A stretch of DNA of 55,407 bases, taken from the IMG/VR virus record IMGVR_UViG_3300049023_000185, positions 1 to 55,407 of that record, one strand, 5' to 3'. Both the position numbers and the translations under genes were made by a program. This DNA comes from a virus (lineage: Duplodnaviria; Caudoviricetes). Below the pieces are notes generated by a model. The model did no database searches. It had not been told where the DNA came from and saw only the letters and a program-made list of their open reading frames with translations. Position 1 is the first letter of the stretch. Each line of letters starts with the position of its first letter. Below are positions 10,404 through 19,559 of the stretch, one piece after another.

Positions 10404-10739
10404 TTAATTTTTAATAATTGGTATGACAAGGTTCTTTCCTTGCCACGGTTCAACTTTTTCTAACAGTTTGAATAATGGGTTTTCCTGATAAATCATATTT
10501 TCAATTACTTCGTGATTGTAAAATTCCCGTAACATCCAAGAAAAAACATTTCCGGTTTTCGCTGCTAACCCAAGCTCAAAATGCGCGGGCAAAATTCGTT
10601 TACCAGATTCAAGCGTGTATACAGCTGTTTTTGGCGAATCCCAGCCTTTACGACCAAAATATTCGCCAGTGATTATGAATTGCTCGGTACCCTGATAAAC
10701 TATTTTAAAATTGTCTTTTCTTGTGTAGTTTCTTTTCAT
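10404..10739 (-). CDS. Early protein with C-terminal MCP-like segment
   Basis: aa 66-109 align gaplessly to MCP aa 9-52 with 22/44 identities. Confidence 0.85.
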   Translation of the reverse strand: MKRNYTRKDNFKIVYQGTEQFIITGEYFGRKGWDSPKTAVYTLESGKRILPAHFELGLAAKTGNVFSWMLREFYNHEVIENMIYQENPLFKLLEKVEPWQGKNLVIPIIKN

Positions 10740-10750
10740 TCATTTTCGCT

Positions 10751-10957
10751 TTAATGATTATTAGTCTTACTCACTTCTTTTCTAATAGCTGCAACCATGT
10801 CGCGCACTTTATAATCGTTTGAACCGGTAACCAGCAGTTCAGTCATTCTAAAATTGTTAATTGATATGATAATATCGTCGGGTAGTGTGTCCCCAGCAGC
10901 CACAAACAATTCTAATTCGCTGACGAGTAATAGGGCCTGTAATTCTAAATTACTCAT
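10751..10957 (-). CDS. Hypothetical protein
   Basis: Coupled ORF. Confidence 0.7.
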   Translation of the reverse strand: MSNLELQALLLVSELELFVAAGDTLPDDIIISINNFRMTELLVTGSNDYKVRDMVAAIRKEVSKTNNH

Positions 10958-11300
10958 TTTCGTCGCCTTCCATTATAATTTCAGGATGCCACCAAGAAGT
11001 ACCTTTGACTGATTTAAGTTTGCATGTTTTTGCTGGTGCTTTAGGTAAAGTCTTAAATTCCCACCATTCAGAGCCATCGTACTCGTGTCTTTCTAACCAA
11101 AAATCAGCGCCCACAATTTTCAAATCTTGTGCGATTTCCGCACCACCATAGCCATTATCATATTTAATATCAGCAATCTCCGCGAAATTAGCCCAATCAG
11201 TTTTTATTTCGCTGTTTCCCACCCATAAAACATCAGCGGGTGTTTTACCGTGCTCAGCTAAATCTTTTAATGTTTCTTGTAGTAGATTATTCATTTTCAC
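10950..11300 (-). CDS. Conserved phage hypothetical protein
   Basis: YDNGYG...WLERHEYDGSEWWEF motif recalled from other phages. Confidence 0.8.
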   Translation of the reverse strand: MKMNNLLQETLKDLAEHGKTPADVLWVGNSEIKTDWANFAEIADIKYDNGYGGAEIAQDLKIVGADFWLERHEYDGSEWWEFKTLPKAPAKTCKLKSVKGTSWWHPEIIMEGDENE

Positions 11301-11646
11301 GGCCCTTTAACCTTGCAAGTTCGTTCAACTCACGTTCTTTAACTTTAAAATATCGATTGTCGAACTGCGGATTATGTTTAATCGTGTAAATGGCCATTGC
11401 TATGCTTGCCATGGCGTTGCCTAGATGTAAGCAGCCGGATTCCGCATCAACATCTTCAACTTCTAATGCTTGATAGACGTGCCTTAAGGCTGCGGCTAGT
11501 TGCCTACGAACGTGCAAACCCTCACGAAAATTATCATCGCCATACTTTTTAGCGCCATATGATAATGATTCACCCATAGCCCAAATTGCTTCAATTGGTG
11601 TCAATGCTAGATTTGGTTTTGAGCCGTCGTGTTTCGTTCCTGACAT
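11287..11646 (-). CDS. dATP/dGTP diphosphohydrolase (DUF5664 family)
   Basis: GTKHDGSKP...YGAKKYGDDNF...AALRH...DAESGCLHL. Confidence 0.88.
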   Translation of the reverse strand: MSGTKHDGSKPNLALTPIEAIWAMGESLSYGAKKYGDDNFREGLHVRRQLAAALRHVYQALEVEDVDAESGCLHLGNAMASIAMAIYTIKHNPQFDNRYFKVKERELNELARLKGRENE

Positions 11647-11712
11647 ATTTAGCCCTCCTTGGCCGGTTAAAAACTTTTCCGTAGCTTGTAGAAAACATTG
11701 AGAACAGGGAAT

Positions 11713-11799
11713 GATAGAAGCGTGTTCCAGTGGAATGGTCCTTCTTCCCGGACAGTTAGGTCGACCCTAAGCATTCGTCACAGCTTCCACGCCTCTACC
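11713..11799 (-). ncRNA. Candidate structured RNA (three-way junction)
   Basis: 12-bp closing stem plus three inner helices filling an intergenic gap. Confidence 0.6.
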
Positions 11800-11804
11800 A
11801 AACT

Positions 11805-12032
11805 TTAATGTGTAATCGTATTATCTTCTGCTAAAGTTTCTTCAGCCGTATCAATCAGTTTTAAAATTTCAACTTCCATATCTAATTCTTGTTCTTCGAC
11901 TACTTTGACAATCATTTTTAAATTAGTAATCATATCACGCAGACAGTTTGCGTAGCCTGCGGCAGTAATAGCCTCAAACTCTTCTTCGTCAATTATTGTA
12001 CGTCGAAACGCTGGCTTTCGCTTTTTACTCAT
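11805..12032 (-). CDS. Hypothetical protein
   Basis: Coupled ORF. Confidence 0.7.
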   Translation of the reverse strand: MSKKRKPAFRRTIIDEEEFEAITAAGYANCLRDMITNLKMIVKVVEEQELDMEVEILKLIDTAEETLAEDNTITH

Positions 12033-12034
12033 GA

Positions 12035-12367
12035 TTATAATGCCTTTAATTTTGCGTGAATATCTTCTGATAGTTTAATCATATGATACCGGCGGCGTTC
12101 CCAGATTGTCGCGCTAACTTCTTCTTCTTGCGTTGCCGTTAAATTTGCGTTTTCTGTAAACGTGTAGTGTTTAAATAAGTGCCAAAGCTCGTGCGCCACG
12201 CTGTCTAAGTCCGACCGTTTAAAGTGTATTTCCTTGTTGAAGTAGTCAATTTCTGCCTCGGCATCTTCATCATCTAAAAGCACATTATCCGATTCAGGCA
12301 GTTTATAAATGTTCCACGAATCATCGAAAATCGTAATCGTGAAAAATTCAGTTTTGCTTTTCGCCAT
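12035..12367 (-). CDS. Small HExxH zincin-like protein
   Basis: VAHELWH with downstream EEE. Confidence 0.65.
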   Translation of the reverse strand: MAKSKTEFFTITIFDDSWNIYKLPESDNVLLDDEDAEAEIDYFNKEIHFKRSDLDSVAHELWHLFKHYTFTENANLTATQEEEVSATIWERRRYHMIKLSEDIHAKLKAL

Positions 12368-12369
12368 GA

Positions 12370-13182
12370 TTACAATTCCTGAATGATGTAATCGCCCGAA
12401 GCTTGTTTTTTCTTGCCGCCTTCTGGCCATTGTCCGTGCTCGCGATAGTGTTTCAAGCGTTCTAAACCAATCTTGCAGCGAACCTTACCGTTACTCATAG
12501 TTGCAACGCCTGTTTTGAAGACTTCAGTGTTGTAGTCTTTTTTGCTGCTGCAACCGAAGTAGAAGTCAAAAGGTTTACCAAAATGTTCTTCTGCTGCAAG
12601 CGTGTATAAGCCTGCCGAAATTTCATATTTCAGATTACCAATTCCCTGCATTTTAAATGTTTCGTAATCAACAGAGTAGCCCGAGGTCTTCAAATCAAGT
12701 ATGTAGCCTTCTTCAATGTTTATGTGGTCAAAACGGACCTTCACTGGAACGCCAAACAAATCCACGCACAATGTAAGCTCGTTCTTACCACCAGCTAGCA
12801 ACTTCGGCGCAACGGGGTGTTTACGGAAAGAATCTACCATTTTATCAACCTGCATTTTTTGCGATTGAGTGACGACGGTTTTTGGCTTGCTAGCAACTTT
12901 AAATTCTTGGAAGCCTGAAGTACGACCATCCCAACCATTGAAAAATGCATAATCGGTTGCAACCATTTCTGGTTCTAAAAGCTCGGAGTGGTATAAACTG
13001 CCGATTGTGAAGGCTGGTTTATCAGAATCTTCTACATCAGTTTTATGAATGTATTTTGCTTCATACTTTGGAATGTCATAATATAAGAGTTTTACTGCTG
13101 TTGATGATGTGAAATAATCATCTGCATGGTATGTTTTATTTGGTACGCCTTCACTAAGACCGTACTCTAATAGTTTAGCCAA
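12370..13182 (-). CDS. RecE/exonuclease VIII-like PD-(D/E)xK nuclease
   Basis: YHAD..SST, GSLYHSELLEP, VKVRFD...ILDLKT. Confidence 0.88.
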   Translation of the reverse strand: MAKLLEYGLSEGVPNKTYHADDYFTSSTAVKLLYYDIPKYEAKYIHKTDVEDSDKPAFTIGSLYHSELLEPEMVATDYAFFNGWDGRTSGFQEFKVASKPKTVVTQSQKMQVDKMVDSFRKHPVAPKLLAGGKNELTLCVDLFGVPVKVRFDHINIEEGYILDLKTSGYSVDYETFKMQGIGNLKYEISAGLYTLAAEEHFGKPFDFYFGCSSKKDYNTEVFKTGVATMSNGKVRCKIGLERLKHYREHGQWPEGGKKKQASGDYIIQEL

Positions 13183-13230
13183 AATATCTCCCTACAGTCT
13201 CACGACGTATTGGATGTTAAATTTAAAAAA

Positions 13231-13303
13231 TGGTCGCAGAGGCAGGAATTGCACCTGCGTATAAGAGCGCGACTCTTCGCCTTACTGACTTGGCTACTCT
13301 GCG
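13231..13303 (-). tRNA. Atypical tRNA or tRNA-like RNA, anticodon undetermined
   Basis: 7-bp acceptor CGCAGAG/CTCTGCG plus ACCA; D arm GCC/GGC; T arm GCAGG-TGCAATT-CCTGC; anticodon stem AAGAG/CTCTT with 5-nt loop. Confidence 0.85.
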
Positions 13304-13366
13304 ATTAAAAGTTAATACATGCCCCTGTAGGACTTTCACCTACTCTGACCGCGAGGCCCACAGTAA

Positions 13367-13666
13367 TTAAAATATATTGTGAGTGTAAACTGCCGCACCA
13401 ACGGTTAAATCAATTAGGCAATTCATAAAAATGTTCATAAAAGTTTGCACTAGAGATAACGTTTGAAATAGTGCTAACGGACTGTATGCGGACAAGCTGA
13501 TTAAAGTTATTGTGAGAATCACTTGCCTATATTTATATCGTGACATGTGCGCCAGCAGTTTGTCAAATTTTGAGAGTTTTTTCTCGTCGCCATGAGACCT
13601 TTGGCCACTGCTAACTTGCGAGTTAGTTGTATCATTCTTTTGTGACTTGTTTACAATATCTGACAT
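13367..13666 (-). CDS. Hypothetical membrane protein
   Basis: Hydrophobic C-terminal half. Confidence 0.5.
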   Translation of the reverse strand: MSDIVNKSQKNDTTNSQVSSGQRSHGDEKKLSKFDKLLAHMSRYKYRQVILTITLISLSAYSPLALFQTLSLVQTFMNIFMNCLIDLTVGAAVYTHNIF

Positions 13667-15063
13667 AAATCTGTTTCCAATGCTTTTGATGTTTGCTTAC
13701 TGCTATCTGTTGTAATGGCTAAACTATTCTCATCTAAAAAAATGGTTGCGATGCTCGGTGATGCAGTAATAATTTTAGCTTTACTGTGAGTCTCGCGTAT
13801 CCAGGTTTTTAACTGTTTCGTATTTAATTTAAATGCTTTTGATTTTAAAAAGCTTAATAAATTTGATATACTAATTACTTTACCTGCGTACTGTGTGAAA
13901 AATTCTTCGATTAAATAAACCTGCCAATCAGTGTACTGAACTCGTTTTGCAAAATCACGAGTAGCGCTAGAATGGGGCTTGGCATTTTTGCTCTCATCCA
14001 CGTTTCGGTGCCATAAAAAATATGCTAATTGCTTAATATTTTCGGGAGCGAGTAACGGCCCAGTTTTGGCAAAATCCCAAGTTTTGGTTGTTAAATCTAT
14101 GAAGCTGTAACGCCGGTCACTATCATCTAACTCAATTTCAAGTTTATTTGTGGTGAAATAGTAGCTTGCGTAGTTTGTCGACTTAAAACTATCTACACCT
14201 TTCAACTCAATGTTTATATCATCATCAATAAAAGTTTTGATTTTTTGCGCGGTTTCTCCTGCAATAAACTGAAACTCGTTTACGTAAACAAGGGTTTTGC
14301 CCCAGAGGTTTTTATTAAACTGACTTTTAAGACTTGCGCCAGCAATTTCGACACTGTTGGTATCTACTCCATGTAGCATTTTAAGTATTTTTGAAAAAGT
14401 TCCTTTACCGGCACCAGAAGCGCCACTAGCAATAAGAAATGTTTGGTTTTTATTCCGGATGCTCGTAGACAACCAGTCCAAAATATATTCAATGTCTGTA
14501 ATTCGCCCGTCAACAAAATGATTTAAGAATTCTGCGTACACGTCTGGAATTTTGCTTACAACAGGAATTTCCTTACCTTGCCAGTAATCGTATTTCCACG
14601 CCGGTGGCTGATACATATTGAAGTAGTCTACACCATTTTCAGAATAGAAACGGCTGCGACAGTGTGGATTATAACCTGCTGAGTAGCCTGTTAACTTATC
14701 ATTGACCGGGCCTTCTCCATTGACTGCTAAACGTATAGCTTTTTCTGTCGTTCGCTCTAATATTACGTCCTTATTTTTATCGTAAATAAACCATTCGGTA
14801 CTATTTTTAGGTGCCACAATAGTATAATTGTAAATTCTTTTAACTGTTTCATAATTACCATAATTTTTAAGTACATCTAGAACATACGCGTTCAACATCT
14901 CTAAGTTTAATTCTTTATCGTTATAAAAGTTGGCGGGTAATTTATAATTTGGATTTACTAATCTTGTTAATACTGCGTTAGGGCTTATTTCCCCGGCGCG
15001 TACTAGGTCTATTATTTTTGTTTTTAAATCTAGCGGGTATGTTAGGTTTATTATTCTACTCAT
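13651..15063 (-). CDS. SF3 / NrS-1-type (DUF5906) helicase
   Basis: Walker A GASGAGKGT; SQFN; LVYVNE; IELKGVD; FTTN; DRRY. Confidence 0.88.
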   Translation of the reverse strand: MSRIINLTYPLDLKTKIIDLVRAGEISPNAVLTRLVNPNYKLPANFYNDKELNLEMLNAYVLDVLKNYGNYETVKRIYNYTIVAPKNSTEWFIYDKNKDVILERTTEKAIRLAVNGEGPVNDKLTGYSAGYNPHCRSRFYSENGVDYFNMYQPPAWKYDYWQGKEIPVVSKIPDVYAEFLNHFVDGRITDIEYILDWLSTSIRNKNQTFLIASGASGAGKGTFSKILKMLHGVDTNSVEIAGASLKSQFNKNLWGKTLVYVNEFQFIAGETAQKIKTFIDDDINIELKGVDSFKSTNYASYYFTTNKLEIELDDSDRRYSFIDLTTKTWDFAKTGPLLAPENIKQLAYFLWHRNVDESKNAKPHSSATRDFAKRVQYTDWQVYLIEEFFTQYAGKVISISNLLSFLKSKAFKLNTKQLKTWIRETHSKAKIITASPSIATIFLDENSLAITTDSSKQTSKALETDLCQIL

Positions 15064-15568
15064 TTGTTTGTTTCCTAAATATTTCGAGCATTGGTGAAAT
15101 TAAAATCATTTGAATATGTGATAAATTTTCTCCGCGAATAATATTACATCGTCCGCAGCAAGGTACTACGTTGTTTAAGGAGTATCCTCGACCGTTATCT
15201 ATTCTATCGAGTCCATATCCATTTACAGGAAGGGTTCCTTTGCAGTAGGTGCATTTATTTTCTTTAACTATGTTTAAATACTGTTCATAAGAAATATTAA
15301 AATCTTTGTCGTGTTTTTTTAACGCTCGATTTTTTAATTGGGAATACTTTGCTTTATCGCTTTTGTTATAGTCATTCCTGTACTTCGTTATATGTTCTTT
15401 GTTAATTTCTCTATACTTAAGATTGTATTTTGCTTTGTGTTCTTTGGTATCAAGGTAATGTTGTTTTCTATACTTTGTTCTGCACTCAACACAAACCCGC
15501 CTTCCTTTTATAAAATTGTAGGTTGTTATTTCTTTTTTACATTGTCTGCATTCTACAGAACTACTCAT
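15056..15568 (-). CDS. HNH-like endonuclease
   Basis: CTYC...GLDRIDNGRGYSLNNVVPCCGRCN. Confidence 0.88.
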   Translation of the reverse strand: MSSSVECRQCKKEITTYNFIKGRRVCVECRTKYRKQHYLDTKEHKAKYNLKYREINKEHITKYRNDYNKSDKAKYSQLKNRALKKHDKDFNISYEQYLNIVKENKCTYCKGTLPVNGYGLDRIDNGRGYSLNNVVPCCGRCNIIRGENLSHIQMILISPMLEIFRKQTNE

Positions 15569-15644
15569 TTTAAACCTTCCTGGTTTTCAATGTTTTCAAC
15601 AGCTTCTATACATATAACTATGTAGCCTGTGAAAGTGATTAATA

Positions 15645-17599
15645 CTATTTTTTCGGCGCGTAACTATACTCAGGATGTCCGCCAGACGTATACGTTTCTC
15701 GGGCGTGTTGTGCGTGGACTTGCAGCCAAGCGTGCACCAGCGCAAGTACTTCGTGCCATTGCAGGCCGTGAGCGTCGGTTAATTCTTCTAGTAGTGGTTC
15801 AAGGTCGGCAGTAACATTGCCGAGGGGCCTAATCTTATTTTTTACCATAACCGCCTTCTAAAACATTGAGAATCGGCCATACGGGTCCTAAATACTCACA
15901 ACAAGAAAGCGACATCTCGGCGGCTTCTCTATTGGTTTCGCCTAAACAGTTTGCAAAGGTTACAACTTCTTCATTGACGTGGACAACTTGAATAATTTCT
16001 TTCATCAATATTGTTTTGTAAAATCCAACCTTGATATCAAGCTTTGGAGGTTCTTCCAATTTGAAGCCCTGGCTGCGGAAGTATTCACGTGCGTGTTTAT
16101 TGAGAATAATCTTCATAGTTAATAAACTTCCTTTCTAAAATTCTTCCGGCATTTGCTTGCCGTCGCAGTAGTATGCAACCTTCATTATTTCTTTTGCCAA
16201 TTTTCGTAAGTCGTCGGCTGACAAATAGCCTAAGTGAGTTGATTCTTCTTTGATGTCTACATATAAAGCGACCTCAGACGACATTTCATAAAGTGAAAGT
16301 TGAATATCGCTGTCATCGCTTTTATAAATTACGTATTCTGTGCCCATATTAATAAACTTCCTTTGTACATACGGTGATAGCGGTCGTCTTTGTCGCGGTT
16401 TCGGCGCATTTGGCTACTCTAGCGATGCACGCTTTTTTCGTTTTATTAGCTTGAAAGCTGGAGCTTCCTTCCAAGTTTGAGCACGCAATAATTAATGCTG
16501 CGATGATTTCCAAGTTATACCTCTTTTCCAAACAATGTTTTTAAGCTTTTTAAAGCTAGTTCTAACCCATCTCTATGGCTTTTGCTTAGTACTGCGTGGT
16601 TATTAACATTTTCTAGTTCAACTTTTAAGCGACGAAGATTATTCATTAAGTCTTCATCTGAAGATGAAAGTATATTGAGTCTAAGGACTCTCACTTCTTC
16701 TTCTAATCTTTCAGTTTGCAATCTAGCCACTTCTTCCCATTGTTCTTTAGTTCCCATTATTTAATTCCTCCATATTTATTGTCGCCGGCAAAACTGAATA
16801 TTAGTGCAATAAGCCAGGTAACGATGATTATAATTCCAATTGCTTGGCAGGTTAGTGCTAGAACAAAATTGGTTTCATATGCTGCTAAGATTTCCATCGT
16901 TAAACTCCTGTTGATAGGCCAAATAAAATTCCTGCAAAAACTGCAAATCCAATTAATGTAAGCATTGCTATTAAACCTTCGTTGCTTTCTGGTTCTGGGT
17001 ATTTACCTTTTATTGTCATTATTCACCTTCCGTACTTTTATTCAACTCAGTTATCAGGGCGTCTGCGAGTTTTACAGCATGCTCGGAAACGTGTTTTGTT
17101 GAAAAGCTGAATTCATTCGCTATAGATGCAGCTATTAACCCTGCGTACCATTCACGTTTTGTGAGTCCACCTCTTGGGCCGTCAACATAAGGCCCTTCTG
17201 CGTTTATAGAATGATTTGGATTTGTTTTCATATTTAAATACTCCCAATTACTGTTTTAATGTTGGCCACGGATTCTTTCAGCTTGCGCAACTCAACCAGT
17301 TCCATTTCTTGCTCAAACTGTTTTTCTAATTTTATTTGCTCAGCATCAGCGCTTGAAAACAAGTCACTAACTTCCATATTGCGGTAGTATTTGATAATTG
17401 TAAGTGCCTTAACCGGCTCTTGCGGCTGTACTTTTGGAGCTTCTACATCCCAATGCACGCTTAAGTAAGGTCTGCTTACGTAGTAGTATGGATTCCCCAG
17501 AGAAGGGCGATTATGTTCTAATATGTACGCTTCAACAAACTTGTCTTTAACTAACTCATTTAGCTGTCTCATTAATTTATCTGGAATTGTTGGTTTCAC
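15645..17599 (-). other. Small early ORFs (15645-15848, 15835-16116, 16135-16347, 16349-16531, 16515-16757, 17019-17231, 17234-17599)
   Basis: Contiguous minus-strand ORFs with RBSs; the 17019 product has the common GLTKREWYA...ADAL phage motif. Confidence 0.75.
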
Positions 17600-17730
17600 G
17601 GATACTCCTTGTTTAATTTGTTAATCAATCTCATCTTCAAATGCGTAAACAATAACGTAGCCTTTCATCGTGTGTAGGCGGACTTCGACCATGTTAAAAA
17701 CATTGAGAAATAGCCAACGTTTAAACTTTT

Positions 17731-18609
17731 TCATAACATTCCTTTGCTGCGAAACGCGTGTTCTACGGGCAAATACCAATCTTTAAAATAGTTTTTGGCT
17801 TTTAGGTGCGGCAGCAAATGTTTTTCTAAGTATGGGGCAAATGTTTCTGGTGTTGCGCCAACCTCATCAGCAGCCCAAAGCGTAAGCCTGTATAGCATTG
17901 GATAATTACCATTAGACTCATTAATCCAAGCAGGATACTTGATGTACATGTTAAGACGGCTGTGTTGCGGTTTTGCCAGTCTACGTTCTAATTCTTCATA
18001 TGAGGCAACACATTCTGCAGCGATTAGCCTTGGTCGCTCTTTAAGCTCAACAGCTACAGACTGTAAAAACGCAGCATCAACTAAGTTACCAGTGTGTAAT
18101 AATCTTTGTTCAGCATCATCTCTAAACGCGCCAGGAATCCGCGATAAAACCGCTGGATTCTTATTGCTTTTATCAATGCTAAGGCCCTGCGATTCAAAGA
18201 TTTGTGCTAGGCCTAGCCAAATTGCCTTGTACCGAGCTTCGGCGGCGTCAGAGCCGGCCTCGCCCAAATTCAAATCGTCCGCGCAACTCACAACATAGTG
18301 AATTGATTTGGAGCCGCTGAACGTTGCAGTACGAATGATTCCGAGCTGTGCCAGCTTAGGCAACATTGAAAATTGCTGTTCAATTGGATTGTTATCACTT
18401 TCAAATAAGAAATTACGATAAGCCTTAACTTCGCTTTTTAGGCGACGCTGGCCCTTAACTGGATTAATGCAAAAAAAGTTTCGTGGTTTTTTAAGTAGTT
18501 CAGCAGTAGCTGAATAAACATTACCAACGAATTCATCGCACGTACCTGCATAGTCAACATTCGCTAAAAATATTTTATCATCGTTATCAAATAGTAAACT
18601 TAGGCCCAC
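17731..18609 (-). CDS. Primase (AEP/RepB-like prim-pol domain)
   Basis: YRNFLFESD; TFSGSKSIH; IDKSNKNPAVLSRIPG; RBS AGGAG before GTG 18609. Confidence 0.85.
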   Translation of the reverse strand: MGLSLLFDNDDKIFLANVDYAGTCDEFVGNVYSATAELLKKPRNFFCINPVKGQRRLKSEVKAYRNFLFESDNNPIEQQFSMLPKLAQLGIIRTATFSGSKSIHYVVSCADDLNLGEAGSDAAEARYKAIWLGLAQIFESQGLSIDKSNKNPAVLSRIPGAFRDDAEQRLLHTGNLVDAAFLQSVAVELKERPRLIAAECVASYEELERRLAKPQHSRLNMYIKYPAWINESNGNYPMLYRLTLWAADEVGATPETFAPYLEKHLLPHLKAKNYFKDWYLPVEHAFRSKGML

Positions 18610-18631
18610 GTCTATCTCCTGCACACGATTT

Positions 18632-18667
18632 AAAAAGCTGACGACAGCGCGGTGGCCATCGCCAGCT
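18632..18667 (-). terminator. Intrinsic terminator or attenuator just upstream of the primase
   Basis: AGCTGGCGATGGC-CACCGC-GCTGTCGTCAGCT-TTTT; 13-bp stem with G-U pairs on the minus strand. Confidence 0.7.
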
Positions 18668-18957
18668 AATGGAGGTTGTGCTTAAATTTACTGTGGAGTA
18701 AGCTGATTCAAATTTCCAGTTTTGCAGTGTTTAGGCGTTAAAATTGAGATGACTTAGATACTTTAGTATTTTTGGTTGTTAAGGCATGCCGGCGGAATGT
18801 TTCAGGCACATACACAACATTGTTAATTCAACTGCTTAGAGCGCAGGTATACCTTTTTATACTTTTAGTAGATTAATAATTAAAAAATATATGTGTAATG
18901 CTTTGTCTGGCGAATTTGAAAAGTGGTTCCACGGCATACCTTGCAAGCGTGCGGGCT

Positions 18958-19470
18958 TTACAATGTAATTGAAGCTAATTTTGCGATGTAGGCGGCACAT
19001 GTGCGGGGTAGGTGACGGTATCCAATATTGTACCTACAGGCATAGTCGGCGGGCGAATTTTTTTTAAAATCTTTTAGAATGATTGAGGCAGCGTAAACAT
19101 TTATAAAATCATTTTTGATTACTGAGTCACGATTCCATTTATATAGTTTGATTGTTGTAGCGTTTAATTGCATGCATCCGAAATCTTGCGTTAGAGTATT
19201 TACTCTAGAACGGCAGTTAGAGCTTTCTACTGCCACAATTCGCTTAAGTAGGTCTGCTGGCAATCCCTGCTTTTTCGCTACTAAAGTTATGAACCTATGT
19301 AACTCGCCCTTATTCTTAAATTTATAAGCCGGAGCCGGCCTAACTAACCATTGTTCAAGGTTGTTACCAGCTCGCATATCACTTATAGGTGAGTATGGCT
19401 TTTTAGCCACAACTGAAGCCCCTAACTGTGTAGAAAATACCACTGACATGGCAAAAATCCATTTCTGCAT
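18958..19470 (-). CDS. Lytic transglycosylase (SLT) with signal peptide
   Basis: IVAVESS; FGCMQL; YNIG; start at MQKWIF. Confidence 0.88.
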   Translation of the reverse strand: MQKWIFAMSVVFSTQLGASVVAKKPYSPISDMRAGNNLEQWLVRPAPAYKFKNKGELHRFITLVAKKQGLPADLLKRIVAVESSNCRSRVNTLTQDFGCMQLNATTIKLYKWNRDSVIKNDFINVYAASIILKDFKKNSPADYACRYNIGYRHLPRTCAAYIAKLASITL

Positions 19471-19476
19471 GTGTAT

Positions 19477-19542
19477 ATTATGACACTTTTGACGCATAAC
19501 AGCAAGAAATGTATTGATGTGGTGCGTTATTTGTGGCACAAT
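19477..19542. promoter_or_regulatory. Divergent sigma-70-like promoters
   Basis: Minus strand TTGCTG-N17-CATAAT (19505..19477); plus strand TTGATG-N17-CACAAT (19514..19542). Confidence 0.65.
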
Positions 19543-19559
19543 GGTTGCATGGGGGTCAC

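Noticed and set aside
11287-11646. Z-genome or modified-base pathway suggested by the dATP/dGTP diphosphohydrolase
   Set aside because: No PurZ, deazaguanine or other base-modification genes are recognisable
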